DNA from: Candidatus Poribacteria bacterium
Lineage (GTDB): Bacteria > Poribacteria > WGA-4E > WGA-3G
Assembly: GCA_965215265.1 (NCBI GenBank)
Contig: OZ244048.1
Coordinates: forward strand, 128,001-192,000
DNA length: 64,000 nt
Direction of reading: 5' to 3'
The notes under the pieces were generated by a model. That model did not search any database and had not been told where the DNA came from. It saw nothing but the letters and a program-made list of their open reading frames with translations. Below are positions 9,791-19,650 of this stretch, one piece after another. The stretch's first letter is position 1; the number at the start of each line of letters is the position of its first letter. The translations under genes and the position numbers were made by a program.

Positions 9791-10975
9791 TTAACAAACA
9801 TCTTGCCACAGCCGATAAGCGATGACAGTTGAAAAAGTCAGGAAACTTCCTGCAACAATAAATGGAATCTGAACTGAGATGTTAATCAGGAATCCGCTCG
9901 CAACGTAACCGGTGAGGAATCCTGTGCTCCAAGCTAAATGTGTAAGTCCGACACCGTGCCCTTTTTCATCCGGTTCGGTGAATTCGTTGATAAAACGCGG
10001 AATCGTCGTTGAGAGTGCCCACGCGGCCCCAGCCCCGAGTACCCCAAACACTTCAAGCGCGACTAAGGAATTGTGAAAAAACGCGAGCCCCAAAGCGAGC
10101 AGCGTCACAACAGAAGTTGCAACGAAGGCTGGCATGCGATGTCCGACAGTATCACATATTTTACCTATAGCCAATTGGCACCCGAAGGCGAACAGTAAGC
10201 TCAGTGCACCATAATAGCCAGTGGCTTTCACACCGGCAGCTCGCGAAATCAGTACGGGCATGAGTAGGTTTACAGTTCCCCAATAGTAGGTAGGGAGTAC
10301 GCGTAAACCGATAAGCAGACGCATCTCACGTCGTCGGCACAAATTGACATAAGTTTGAACAGGGAGGCCTGTCCAAGCTCGCGTCTCACTGCTGCCGGTG
10401 GCTGCGTGCTGTTTCAATTTTGGTAAAAGGAGGCACGCACATAAAAACAGGAATCCTACCAGTGCAGCGGCCCCGCGGCCGAAAGTACTATAACCGATTC
10501 GGATAATTAGTTCACCGGCTAACGCACTGCCCAATGCACTTCCAACCGTTGAACTAATAAAGTAAAGCGCTGTCGCTAGGCCCAATCGATCCGGTGGTAC
10601 CGCGGTGATGAGGTACGATTGCCCGCCAGCAGTCTTAAAACCGGAGGCGATGCCTTCATAGCAGAGAATGCCCCAGATAAAAAACGGTACTTGGGTTGTA
10701 AACATGCCGCCGGCTGCCACTGCCCCTGTCATGCCGATAAGCAGTGTCAGTTTTCGTCCAAACCGGTCGCTGAGAAAACCGCCAATCATCGCGGAAATTC
10801 CACCTAAGCCGAGTGGCAGGGCACGCAACAACGCGGCGAAGAGGATCTTTTCCCCTAAGACCTCTTCTGCATACACCGGAAAAAACATGAGCACGGGCCC
10901 GGTTACCAGGCCGATGATAAACACGATGATGCAGAGGAGGATAAAGCCGCGCGTCCACATTGCAGATGACTTCAC
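9791..10975 (-). CDS. MFS transporter
   Basis: About 12 hydrophobic segments; motif A GGFLSDRFGRK. Confidence 0.9.
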   Translation of the reverse strand: MKSSAMWTRGFILLCIIVFIIGLVTGPVLMFFPVYAEEVLGEKILFAALLRALPLGLGGISAMIGGFLSDRFGRKLTLLIGMTGAVAAGGMFTTQVPFFIWGILCYEGIASGFKTAGGQSYLITAVPPDRLGLATALYFISSTVGSALGSALAGELIIRIGYSTFGRGAAALVGFLFLCACLLLPKLKQHAATGSSETRAWTGLPVQTYVNLCRRREMRLLIGLRVLPTYYWGTVNLLMPVLISRAAGVKATGYYGALSLLFAFGCQLAIGKICDTVGHRMPAFVATSVVTLLALGLAFFHNSLVALEVFGVLGAGAAWALSTTIPRFINEFTEPDEKGHGVGLTHLAWSTGFLTGYVASGFLINISVQIPFIVAGSFLTFSTVIAYRLWQDVC

Positions 10976-11009
10976 TTGAAGAGAAACCGGTACCTTTCAT
11001 ATCGAATTC

Positions 11010-12710
11010 TCATTCGGAAGTAGACGTTCCTCCTGCCCGTCCTTGGGAAAGCCATATTTCTGGAAAATAGCGCATCAAACTATCTGTGATATTCGGTGCA
11101 GCAGTGCCGAGCCCGCAGGCACTCGTCGCTTTCATAACCGCACCGAGCTCTTGTAAAAGAACGTTGGGGGCTCGATGATCAGGGCGGTTTCCGTGTCGGG
11201 CTTCGGACAGTAGTTCTGTGAGTCGGTACGTCCCGATGCGGCACGGAAAACACTTGCCACAAGATTCCTCAGCGAAAAATTCCATCGCATTGTGTGCGAT
11301 GTCCAGCATATCTCTGGTGTCATCAAACACCATGATACCGGCGGCACCGAGCATCGCGCCAATTCTTTGGAAGCTCGGTTCATCGATGGTGATGTCCAAG
11401 TCCTCGCCTGCGATAAAGCCGCCAGAGAGTCCTGCTGTTGTAATCGCTTGAATTGAACGTCCCGTCCCCGGTCCGCCTGCCCAATCATAGAGGAGCGTCT
11501 GTAGGGGTAACCCGAACGGTACTTCATAATTCCCCGGTCTCCGGATGTCTCCGGAGAGGCTAATAATTTTTGTTCCTGCGAAGTTTTGGTCATAACTGAG
11601 ATTTTTATACCAAGCTGCGCCGTGTCGTAGAATCTGTGGTGCGGCGGCGAGTGTCTCGACATTGTTTACTGCGGTGGGCAAGTTCTCAAAACCGTGCGTC
11701 ACAGGATACGGGGGTCTATTTCTGGGAAATGGGTGCTTCCCTTCCAGACTATTCAGCAGGGAGCCTTCCTCCCCACAGACGTAAGCCCCGGCCCCCCGTC
11801 GAAGGTAGATGTGGAAATCTAGGTTTTTGTGGAGGATATTATCACCAAGGAGTCCTGCTGCTTCGGCTTCAGCCAGGGCACGTTCAACTATTTTAAACGT
11901 GTGGGGGTACTCATATCGGAGGTAGATAAAGCCGCGTGTCGCGCCGGTGGCATAAGCAGCGAGTGTCATGCCTTCAATCATCGCGTGCGGTGCGTAATCT
12001 AAGATAACCCGGTCTTTGAAACAGCCGGGTTCTCCTTCATCGGCGTTGCACACAATTGTTTTCGGTTGACCGGGTGCATTTTTCACAGATTCCCACTTCG
12101 TGCCTGTTGGAAATCCTGCACCACCGCGCCCGGCTAATTGGCTCTGCTTCACTGTTTCAATAACATCGGTTGCAGATAGGTGGGTTAGAGCATGAATTAA
12201 CCCTTCATAACCGCCGGTACGTTGATAGCCAGCAAGTGTATCGCGTTCTGGTTCACGGATTTCTGCGAAGAGACATTCCTCGTGTGTCCCCGGATTGGAT
12301 GGGGGGAGTGGAGTCGGTTGCACTGAAAGCGTGTCTACTCTGCTACCTGTTAGTACTTGATGTGCTTTTAGTACTGGAACACAATCGTCGCAGCGCCCGG
12401 CGCAAGGCATCGGTGTCGCGCCCTCGCTTTTGAGTGTCTCCAGAATTTCTAAACCGCCTTTCAACCGACAAACAGGTCCTGTGCAAACACGCGGTGCGTT
12501 TTGCCCCGGGGCCTCCCTTGCAAAATGGTGGTAAAACGTTAATGTACCAAATAACTCGGCCAGCGGAATACGAAACCCTACCGCGATGTCACGCAGTGCG
12601 TCCTCAGAAATGAAACCGTCTCTGTCATGGAAAGCGTGTAGCACCCCCAAAAGCGGGGCAGGTGCATCGCGCCATTCAGCAATCAAGGCTTGATTGGTAG
12701 GGGCTGTCAT
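11010..12710 (-). CDS. NuoE-NuoF-like fused NAD(P)H-dependent flavin/Fe-S subunit
   Basis: GRGGAGFPTG, CNADEGEPG, GAGAYVCGEE and C-terminal SCGKCFPCRIG...ACGLG; N-terminal CTGPVC...CAGRC 2Fe-2S set. Start at ATG 12710 after AGGAG. Confidence 0.88.
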   Translation of the reverse strand: MTAPTNQALIAEWRDAPAPLLGVLHAFHDRDGFISEDALRDIAVGFRIPLAELFGTLTFYHHFAREAPGQNAPRVCTGPVCRLKGGLEILETLKSEGATPMPCAGRCDDCVPVLKAHQVLTGSRVDTLSVQPTPLPPSNPGTHEECLFAEIREPERDTLAGYQRTGGYEGLIHALTHLSATDVIETVKQSQLAGRGGAGFPTGTKWESVKNAPGQPKTIVCNADEGEPGCFKDRVILDYAPHAMIEGMTLAAYATGATRGFIYLRYEYPHTFKIVERALAEAEAAGLLGDNILHKNLDFHIYLRRGAGAYVCGEEGSLLNSLEGKHPFPRNRPPYPVTHGFENLPTAVNNVETLAAAPQILRHGAAWYKNLSYDQNFAGTKIISLSGDIRRPGNYEVPFGLPLQTLLYDWAGGPGTGRSIQAITTAGLSGGFIAGEDLDITIDEPSFQRIGAMLGAAGIMVFDDTRDMLDIAHNAMEFFAEESCGKCFPCRIGTYRLTELLSEARHGNRPDHRAPNVLLQELGAVMKATSACGLGTAAPNITDSLMRYFPEIWLSQGRAGGTSTSE

Positions 12711-13010
12711 CAAATATCTTCTCCTCAATTAAGGCAGACTGCGCTGTTTTGTCGCCTACTTAGAACCTGCTTAATTAGTTACAATGCCTTATAAAGACTA
12801 AGATTCCAGAGCGATGAATAAATCACCCTTATATTATATATCTTATCAGTTTTTTAGATTCTTGTCAACGTTTTAGTTCATTAGCCCTATCACCGGTTTC
12901 AGTTCGCTTGACAAAATTTGGAATGCATGGTTAAATGTAAGTTGAACTAAGTGCCAACGATGCACTGCACGCTATCTAAAGATATTTAATCCTGCTCTGG
13001 AGAAATTCTG

Positions 13011-14273
13011 ATGAAAGACAACGAAAGTATGCTATCCAATGTGAATACTGCGTCTCAGCCTTCGCAACTCAAAATCACTGATATGCGTATCGTCCGAACG
13101 CAGGTCGGCGGGCCCATCGTGAAACTTTATACGAATCAAGGTATCTATGGGCTCGGAGAAGTTAGAGACGGCGCGAGTCCTACTTACGCGCTGATGCTCA
13201 AAAGTCGTATCTTGGGTCAGAACCCTTGCAATGTGGATAAAATTTTCCGATACATTAAGCAGTTTGGACACCATGCGCGGCAAGGCGGCGGTGTGTGCGG
13301 GATTGAAATGGCACTCATGGATTTGGCAGGGAAGGCCTACGGCGTGCCGTGCTACCAACTCGCGGGCGGGAAATTTCGCGACAAAATCCGGTGCTATAGT
13401 GATACCCCCTCTCTCAAAGACGCGGAAGAAATGGGTAAGAAACTGCAAGAACGCATCGACCGGGGGTTCACCTTCTTGAAAATGGATATTGGCGTTGGGT
13501 TATTGCGAGGAACCCCCGGCACCCTTTCTGCGCCACACGGGAATTTAGAGACGCATGACCTGATGCACCCCTTTACCGGCATTCGGCTCACTGATAAGGG
13601 CATCAGCCTCTTATGTGAGTATGTCGAGACAGTGCGCGGCATCATCGGCTATGAAATCCCGCTCGCGGTTGACCACTTCGGGCATATCGGCATTGAAGAC
13701 TGCATCCGGCTCGGGCGGGCATTGGAAAAATATAACCTCGCATGGTTGGAGGATATGGTGCCGTGGCAATACACCGAGCAGTACGTCAGACTTTCCAACT
13801 CGTGTGCGACACCTATCTGTACAGGCGAAGATATCTACTGTAAAGAGGATTTTATGCCGCTTTTTGAGAGCCGAGGCATTGCGATCGCACACCCCGACAT
13901 CGCCACATCGGGCGGCATTTTAGAGACGAAGAAAATCGGTGATTTGGCAGAAGAACACGGCATCGCAATGGCGCTCCACATGGCGGGCACCCCAGTCTGT
14001 GCTATGGCAAGTGTCCACTGTGCCGCCGCCACTGCCAACTTCCTCGTTTTGGAGAATCACTCCGTTGACAACCCGTGGTGGGATGATATGGTAACAGGAT
14101 TACCGAACCCGATTATCCACGATGGCTACATCGAGGTGCCAGAAACACCCGGATTGGGAATCGAACTCAACGAAGAGGTGATTCGCGAGCATCTCCATCC
14201 AGATGCACCTGACTATTTCGCAGAAACGACTGTGTGGGATGCCGAACGCTCGCATGATAGGCTGTGGAGCTAA
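13011..14273 (+). CDS. Mandelate racemase/muconate lactonizing family enzyme (acid-sugar dehydratase-like)
   Basis: GIEMALMDLAGKAYGVPCYQLAGG, FLKMD, AVDHFGH, WLED, TGEDIY and PGLGIELNEE motifs. Confidence 0.9.
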   Translation: MKDNESMLSNVNTASQPSQLKITDMRIVRTQVGGPIVKLYTNQGIYGLGEVRDGASPTYALMLKSRILGQNPCNVDKIFRYIKQFGHHARQGGGVCGIEMALMDLAGKAYGVPCYQLAGGKFRDKIRCYSDTPSLKDAEEMGKKLQERIDRGFTFLKMDIGVGLLRGTPGTLSAPHGNLETHDLMHPFTGIRLTDKGISLLCEYVETVRGIIGYEIPLAVDHFGHIGIEDCIRLGRALEKYNLAWLEDMVPWQYTEQYVRLSNSCATPICTGEDIYCKEDFMPLFESRGIAIAHPDIATSGGILETKKIGDLAEEHGIAMALHMAGTPVCAMASVHCAAATANFLVLENHSVDNPWWDDMVTGLPNPIIHDGYIEVPETPGLGIELNEEVIREHLHPDAPDYFAETTVWDAERSHDRLWS

Positions 14274-14324
14274 CAACAGCAGACATCTCCCACAGAGTCT
14301 ACCGTTACTTAGTAGATAGTTCGC

Positions 14325-17300
14325 TTACTCGTCGGTTAGCTGCGTGGGCAAACTCTCAATCATTTTCGCCGATTCTACGCTCACATAGACGATGCGCTCT
14401 ATCGCTGTGATAAGGTCCCGCGGATGCTCAAACCAGCCGTTCGGATCGTTGACAATGCCGCTGTACTTGTCTTGCTTGATTTTGTAACGGTTGATAAACC
14501 ATTCCAAGGGCGTTCTGTCGTTGACCACGTAACGATGCGCTTCTTCTGGAATTCCAGATAATTGGACGTGTTCATTGATGATGAGTGTTGTTTTCGTTTC
14601 TTTATCGGCAAAACGCATGGCTCGCTTCCCTAATAGAAAATGCGCCGGTTTTTCCTCCCAAAATAAGATAGGTGTCCGTGTCCGGGGTTCAACTGTTAGA
14701 TTTGGGTATCGTTCGCCTGTCTCGTAATTGAGGTGGAGTTCGGCAAGACGGTTTCCTGCTTTAGCAAAAGTGCGGAATTCAGGTGCGAATGGGATATGTG
14801 GTAGCATCTTGGACAAATCGTTGGCGAATTGTTCTCTATAACTGGGTGCGTGGAGGAGCCCGTAAACGTAGTCGAAGATGTCGTCTTTGCTGATAGAGTC
14901 ATCTTGATAGTGTTCTTGGAAATTACGCAGTGCCGTGTCCGAGATATTGTCAATCCGTTCCGGTGTGCCGCCGATACTAGGAAAAGCGTTTGCTGCGTCG
15001 GATGTATCCATAGGCTTCAGATATCGATAGCGTGGGAAACACTGTGCACCGGCTTCACAAAAGTTAAGATCAGTCATCGTATCTGTCATAAGGGCAGAAA
15101 ATGGCTTTTTAGAACTGATGTTGGGGACACATATCACTCGGTTTTCGCTGGAACTGTCTGGGAAAATTCGATCTACTTGGAATTTCTCTTGTGCAAAGAG
15201 ATAGTCTGCGTAACAATACGTGGCAATAAAGGGTCGGTACAAAGTTTTCCGGATGTAACCCTTATCAAATTCTGTCCCTTTCTTTCGTTTCAATTGGTCC
15301 CTCAGTCCTCGAGACCACTTAATATTCGTAAGATTGTTGTGATGGGATACCACCTCATCTACCGTGAGTTCAGGATTCGCCTCAAGTTCAGAAAGTGCGG
15401 CGAGGTAGTCTTGCGTCATCCGTCTTGCATTTTCAGCGCATGCCTCGCGAGAAAAATTGTAGAGGTATGCGTCTCTGTTTGTTGCCAATCCCAAAGAGTA
15501 CAGCTGAAATATAGCATTATCCGCTTTGCCTGCTTTTGCCTGCTTTGTGCCTAGCGGATAAAACTTCGCAAATGCCTCGCTGCGTTGTCCAATCCAATCG
15601 TGGTGCTCATCGGGGGTGATTGTTTGCCAATCGTTGAACCCTTTTATAGAGACTGCCTTGCGGAGTGCCTCCAACTTCTCCTCACGTGTGAGGGAGTCGC
15701 CGATGTCATGGTAGTGGATGTGGCAGCCGTCGTGTATAGCGTTCGGATTTTTGATTAAAATGGTAATAGCGACAGGGGACTGAGTTGCATTCCCGAAAAC
15801 GCCTTCCCCTTCGGAGCGGAGCCCGCGTGCATCACCTCGGAGGTTCAGGACATAGATAGAACTGAACTCCTCTGCCCAACATGCGCGAATTGCCGAATCG
15901 ACCCTTCCAGTAATCCAACTACCAGGGGTGACAAATGCAACGACACCTTGTTCTTGGATCCTATCGGATGCCCAACGGATTGCCATCTTGTAAGTATCGT
16001 AAAGGTAACTTACTAGTGTTGTCGTTGAGCGAGCCACGTACGTGTTTTTTATTCGTTCTTCAAGTGCAGGATATTCCACATTCGGATTGTCATCCGAGGC
16101 GTTCTTCTGTCCTGCGGACCAGGGTGGATTGCCGACGATAACCTGGATTGAGAGTTGCTGTTGCCGTTCGGCGCGTTCGTTGTTGTCAGGCAGCCACTCC
16201 TTCGGCAAAAGCGTAGGAGCTTCCTGCTTGTTCAGGTTGAATGTATCGGTAAGGACGATGCCCTTAAAGGGTTCATAGTTGCTATCTCCGCCACGTCTTC
16301 CGCGGAAGGCTTCCTCAATATTGACGGCGGCGATGTAGTAGGCGAGGAGGACAATTTCGTTTGCGTGGAGTTCCTCCCGGAACTTCCGGTCCAAGTCATC
16401 AGGGCGAATCAGTTCGGATTGCAGCAGTTGAACCAGAAAGGTGCCGGTACCGGTGAATGGATCCAGCACCTGTACACCTTCATCGCTGAGGCTGCATCCA
16501 AACTCGTCTTGTAATATATCATTCACACTGTGTAAGATGAAGTCTACCAACGCAATTGGGGTATAGGCAATGCCGAGCCGGTCTGCCTCTTTTTTCAACC
16601 CCTTTTTGAAAAATTGTTCGTATAGCTCAGATAGGACCTGTTGCCGGCCTGCGCTGTTGTCTATACCGCGGACACGCATCCGCACGCTTTCGTAGAAGTC
16701 TTCTAAATTTCTCGTTTCGTTCTCCAGCCCGAATTCAGCGAAGTCCTGCTGTAGGTTATCTAACGCAGAAGCCACCGGGTTGCGTGAGGAAAAATCGTAA
16801 TCCTCGAAGAGTGCCGCGAAAACGGGCTGGGTTAAGATGTGCTGTGCCATCATATCTATGGCGTTGCTCCGCGTGATTGTGTCGTTTATTGACGCTTTCA
16901 ATTCTGTATGGAAGGCATCGAACCATTCACGAAGTGCCGTATTTGCAGGATTCTCCAATAGGTTTTCTATACGCCCAACAAGCCTGCCGAAAATAACGGC
17001 GACATCCTTTGCCCAATTTTCCCAGTATTTCTTATCGCCGCATTTCTCTACAATTTTTGGGAGGATTGCACTGATAGGAATATCCATCGGCATTAGCAGC
17101 TGCTGCACATCTGCGTCGGCACCCGGCACCCCGGCTCCAGCCCCACTCTCTCCACTTTTGCCGAAGATGAGTCTGTCAGGGAGTCTTTTGTTCAGATCTA
17201 TGCTATTGATTTCAGCGTCCAATCTATCGTCGTGCGAACGGAGGGCACGCAGCACGCCCCAGACGTTGGCGAATCGTTGATTGTCATCTAGCGCGGCGGC

Positions 17301-19157
17301 GGCGTCCTGACTTGCTGGGATAGCCACGGGCAGCACGATGTAACCGAACTCCTTATCCTTTGCTTTCCTCATCACGCGCCCCACTGCCTGAACGATATCA
17401 ATCTGCGAGTTTCGCGGGGTGATAAAGATTACCGCGTCGAGCGCCGGCACATCAATGCCTTCGGAGAGGCAGCGCACGTTGGAGAGTATGCGGCAAGTGC
17501 CCTCTTCACTCCCTTTTAACCAATCCAGGCACGCTTTCCGGTTCAAGGCGTGCTCCGTTCCATCGACGTGCTGCGTTTCGCACCGGAAATTTTCTAGGTA
17601 TTGTTCTTCTGGTAAGTGTTCAACCGCACGCTCAATAACTGGATTCCAGTTTCTAACCAGTGCCTTTGACGCTCTAATGGTGTCGGTAAAGGCGATGACG
17701 CGTTTTAGCGGTTTGATTGAGTCTTCGCCGAGCGCCTTGTTCTCTGGGTTTTGTAGCGCACGCCAGCAGCCCACAATCTTTGTGGCATCGTTAACGTTCA
17801 GCTCATTGCTGACGGGGCCAGTCTCACCCCTCAAAGCAGCGTTGACACCCCCTTCCGCTACACCGAGCACAACGACCTTGTAGTCGGCGAGCTCTCCTAT
17901 CTCAACCGCTTTGGAAAACGGGAGATGGTAGAATTCGCGTCCGTATTTCTCGTCGTCGTCCATAGAGAACACGTCTCGTTCATAGTTTGCGATTTTGGTT
18001 TTCACCGCTTCGGTGTAAATCTTTGGGGTGGCTGTCATATAGAGCCGTTTGTTAGCACGGATGCGAGTCTCATCGTGTACCAGAACGAAGGGGGAAAGCT
18101 GCCCGTCTGGCTGCTCTACACCGGTTGTTCTGTGTGCCTCGTCACAGAAGATAATATCAAACGGCGGTGCCCCGCCGGCTCCCTGGGCTTGCTCTACAAG
18201 TGGGAGTGAGTGATAGGTGCAGAAGACAACGCTCATTTTATCCGTATCAAGGGTTTTCAAGGTGTGTGAGATGGCTGAAGGGTTTGTGGTGACAGGGAGT
18301 TTGAGTTCCAGAATGGACGCATCTTCGGCTGTATTTCCGGCACGGGTATCAGAGCAGATGCCGATGTAGCTATGCGGGATGCCGCGCTGTTCTGACCATT
18401 CGCGCATCACTTGTGAAAGGAGCCCGATAGACGGCACCAGATAGAGGACCCTCCCGCCGATGCCGGCCAGCTGCTCTGCGATTCGGAGGGCGGTGAAGGT
18501 TTTGCCCGTGCCGCACGCCATAATCAACTTGCCCCGGGCGGCTTGTTTGAAACCTTCTATCACTTTCTCTAATGCCGCTTTTTGATGCGGCTTCAGGTTG
18601 AACCGTCTCTGTTGGTAGGTGAGCTGCTCGGGTGCCTCCAGGCGCAAGTCTGGCCACTTGAAGTGACTGCTTTCAAGTTCTCGGAAGTTCAGGATGCGGA
18701 GCTTGTCCTTTATCGGTTCTATGGTGCGGAGGGCGTTCTTTCCCCACCCTCCCCCGGTATTGACAATAATCCGTGAAGTGAAGAGCTCGCTTGCCGAGGC
18801 GGCGAGAAAAGAATCTATGTGTGGTTTTGAGAGTCGAGTGGTTTCGGCATAACACTTACATTGGATAGCACAATAGCCGCCCTCCCGTTGCTTTGCGACG
18901 ATGTCTATGCCGATATCGTTTCTGTCGAAGTCTGTGCGGCGGGCTGCCCAGTCTTTCCAGCGCCAGACTTCAGAGAACTGTTGCTTATAGTCCGGGTCCT
19001 CGCTGAAGTATGTGAGCATCAGGCGTTCGAAAAGTTCGCCTTTGTGAGACTCAGATTGAGCGGCTTCGCGGATGTAGTCTAAGACATTTTGGAAGTCAGG
19101 ATTGTTTTGGCTATTAGCACTGTGGGGGGTAAAGTAGGATTGCGTCAGTTGTGTCAT
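14325..19157 (-). CDS. Type ISP single-polypeptide restriction-modification enzyme (Mrr-like nuclease + SF2 helicase + N6-adenine MTase + TRD)
   Basis: 1610 aa; GIDIVA...AIQCKCY nuclease; MACGTGKT, DEAHRTTG, TATP and QAVGRVMR helicase motifs; VLDPFTGTGTF and GNPPW MTase motifs. Same architecture as LlaGI/LlaBIII. Confidence 0.92.
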   Translation of the reverse strand: MTQLTQSYFTPHSANSQNNPDFQNVLDYIREAAQSESHKGELFERLMLTYFSEDPDYKQQFSEVWRWKDWAARRTDFDRNDIGIDIVAKQREGGYCAIQCKCYAETTRLSKPHIDSFLAASASELFTSRIIVNTGGGWGKNALRTIEPIKDKLRILNFRELESSHFKWPDLRLEAPEQLTYQQRRFNLKPHQKAALEKVIEGFKQAARGKLIMACGTGKTFTALRIAEQLAGIGGRVLYLVPSIGLLSQVMREWSEQRGIPHSYIGICSDTRAGNTAEDASILELKLPVTTNPSAISHTLKTLDTDKMSVVFCTYHSLPLVEQAQGAGGAPPFDIIFCDEAHRTTGVEQPDGQLSPFVLVHDETRIRANKRLYMTATPKIYTEAVKTKIANYERDVFSMDDDEKYGREFYHLPFSKAVEIGELADYKVVVLGVAEGGVNAALRGETGPVSNELNVNDATKIVGCWRALQNPENKALGEDSIKPLKRVIAFTDTIRASKALVRNWNPVIERAVEHLPEEQYLENFRCETQHVDGTEHALNRKACLDWLKGSEEGTCRILSNVRCLSEGIDVPALDAVIFITPRNSQIDIVQAVGRVMRKAKDKEFGYIVLPVAIPASQDAAAALDDNQRFANVWGVLRALRSHDDRLDAEINSIDLNKRLPDRLIFGKSGESGAGAGVPGADADVQQLLMPMDIPISAILPKIVEKCGDKKYWENWAKDVAVIFGRLVGRIENLLENPANTALREWFDAFHTELKASINDTITRSNAIDMMAQHILTQPVFAALFEDYDFSSRNPVASALDNLQQDFAEFGLENETRNLEDFYESVRMRVRGIDNSAGRQQVLSELYEQFFKKGLKKEADRLGIAYTPIALVDFILHSVNDILQDEFGCSLSDEGVQVLDPFTGTGTFLVQLLQSELIRPDDLDRKFREELHANEIVLLAYYIAAVNIEEAFRGRRGGDSNYEPFKGIVLTDTFNLNKQEAPTLLPKEWLPDNNERAERQQQLSIQVIVGNPPWSAGQKNASDDNPNVEYPALEERIKNTYVARSTTTLVSYLYDTYKMAIRWASDRIQEQGVVAFVTPGSWITGRVDSAIRACWAEEFSSIYVLNLRGDARGLRSEGEGVFGNATQSPVAITILIKNPNAIHDGCHIHYHDIGDSLTREEKLEALRKAVSIKGFNDWQTITPDEHHDWIGQRSEAFAKFYPLGTKQAKAGKADNAIFQLYSLGLATNRDAYLYNFSREACAENARRMTQDYLAALSELEANPELTVDEVVSHHNNLTNIKWSRGLRDQLKRKKGTEFDKGYIRKTLYRPFIATYCYADYLFAQEKFQVDRIFPDSSSENRVICVPNISSKKPFSALMTDTMTDLNFCEAGAQCFPRYRYLKPMDTSDAANAFPSIGGTPERIDNISDTALRNFQEHYQDDSISKDDIFDYVYGLLHAPSYREQFANDLSKMLPHIPFAPEFRTFAKAGNRLAELHLNYETGERYPNLTVEPRTRTPILFWEEKPAHFLLGKRAMRFADKETKTTLIINEHVQLSGIPEEAHRYVVNDRTPLEWFINRYKIKQDKYSGIVNDPNGWFEHPRDLITAIERIVYVSVESAKMIESLPTQLTDE

Positions 19158-19552
19158 ATCAGGCTCCTATTTTCAAAGAGGGGGTGTGGGTTGTTTGTGG
19201 CGCGTTCCCGTGTTGAAGTGGTGGCGTTAACGGGTTTCGGAGAATATGAGGAGCGACTGGAGAGTCGAGTTCTGTGGCTGTGTGGAGCAAGAGAGTGAGG
19301 AACGAACGCGGTTGTGGGAGTGGATATGCGTGCGTGCACGAGGCCGTGCGGGTGCAGATGGCGTTCGGTGCTGCTTTCGCGGTAAAGGAACTTAACTTCT
19401 GTATAGTTAAGGGGGGGGTAAATCGTTATTTGGGAGCGCCGCAACTTCGCAGCAGCAACGTGCGTAAATGTCCCAAACGGAGCTCGGATATCGGCGGAGG
19501 CCACCGATTTTCGTGGTTGTCTAAGAAGATATGTGTCTGTCCAGCCGTTCAT
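19154..19552 (-). CDS. Possible leader ORF (132 aa) overlapping the Type ISP start (ATGA)
   Basis: Open frame from ATG 19552 whose TGA overlaps the RM ATG. S/T/H/P/R-rich, no recognisable domain, weak SD; may be non-coding. Confidence 0.3.
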   Translation of the reverse strand: MNGWTDTYLLRQPRKSVASADIRAPFGTFTHVAAAKLRRSQITIYPPLNYTEVKFLYRESSTERHLHPHGLVHARISTPTTAFVPHSLAPHSHRTRLSSRSSYSPKPVNATTSTRERATNNPHPLFENRSLI

Positions 19553-19598
19553 AAGCACTGATTTTCCGGTGTCCGATGCTGTGAGAAATATCCCAATT

Positions 19599-19627
19599 AT
19601 TATACAATATGTCGACGGAGAATGCAA
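19599..19627 (-). promoter_or_regulatory. Sigma70-like promoter for the Type ISP transcript
   Basis: Minus strand TTGCAT-17 nt-TATAAT. Confidence 0.6.
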
Positions 19628-19650
19628 GTTCTATATCGATTATTATACTG

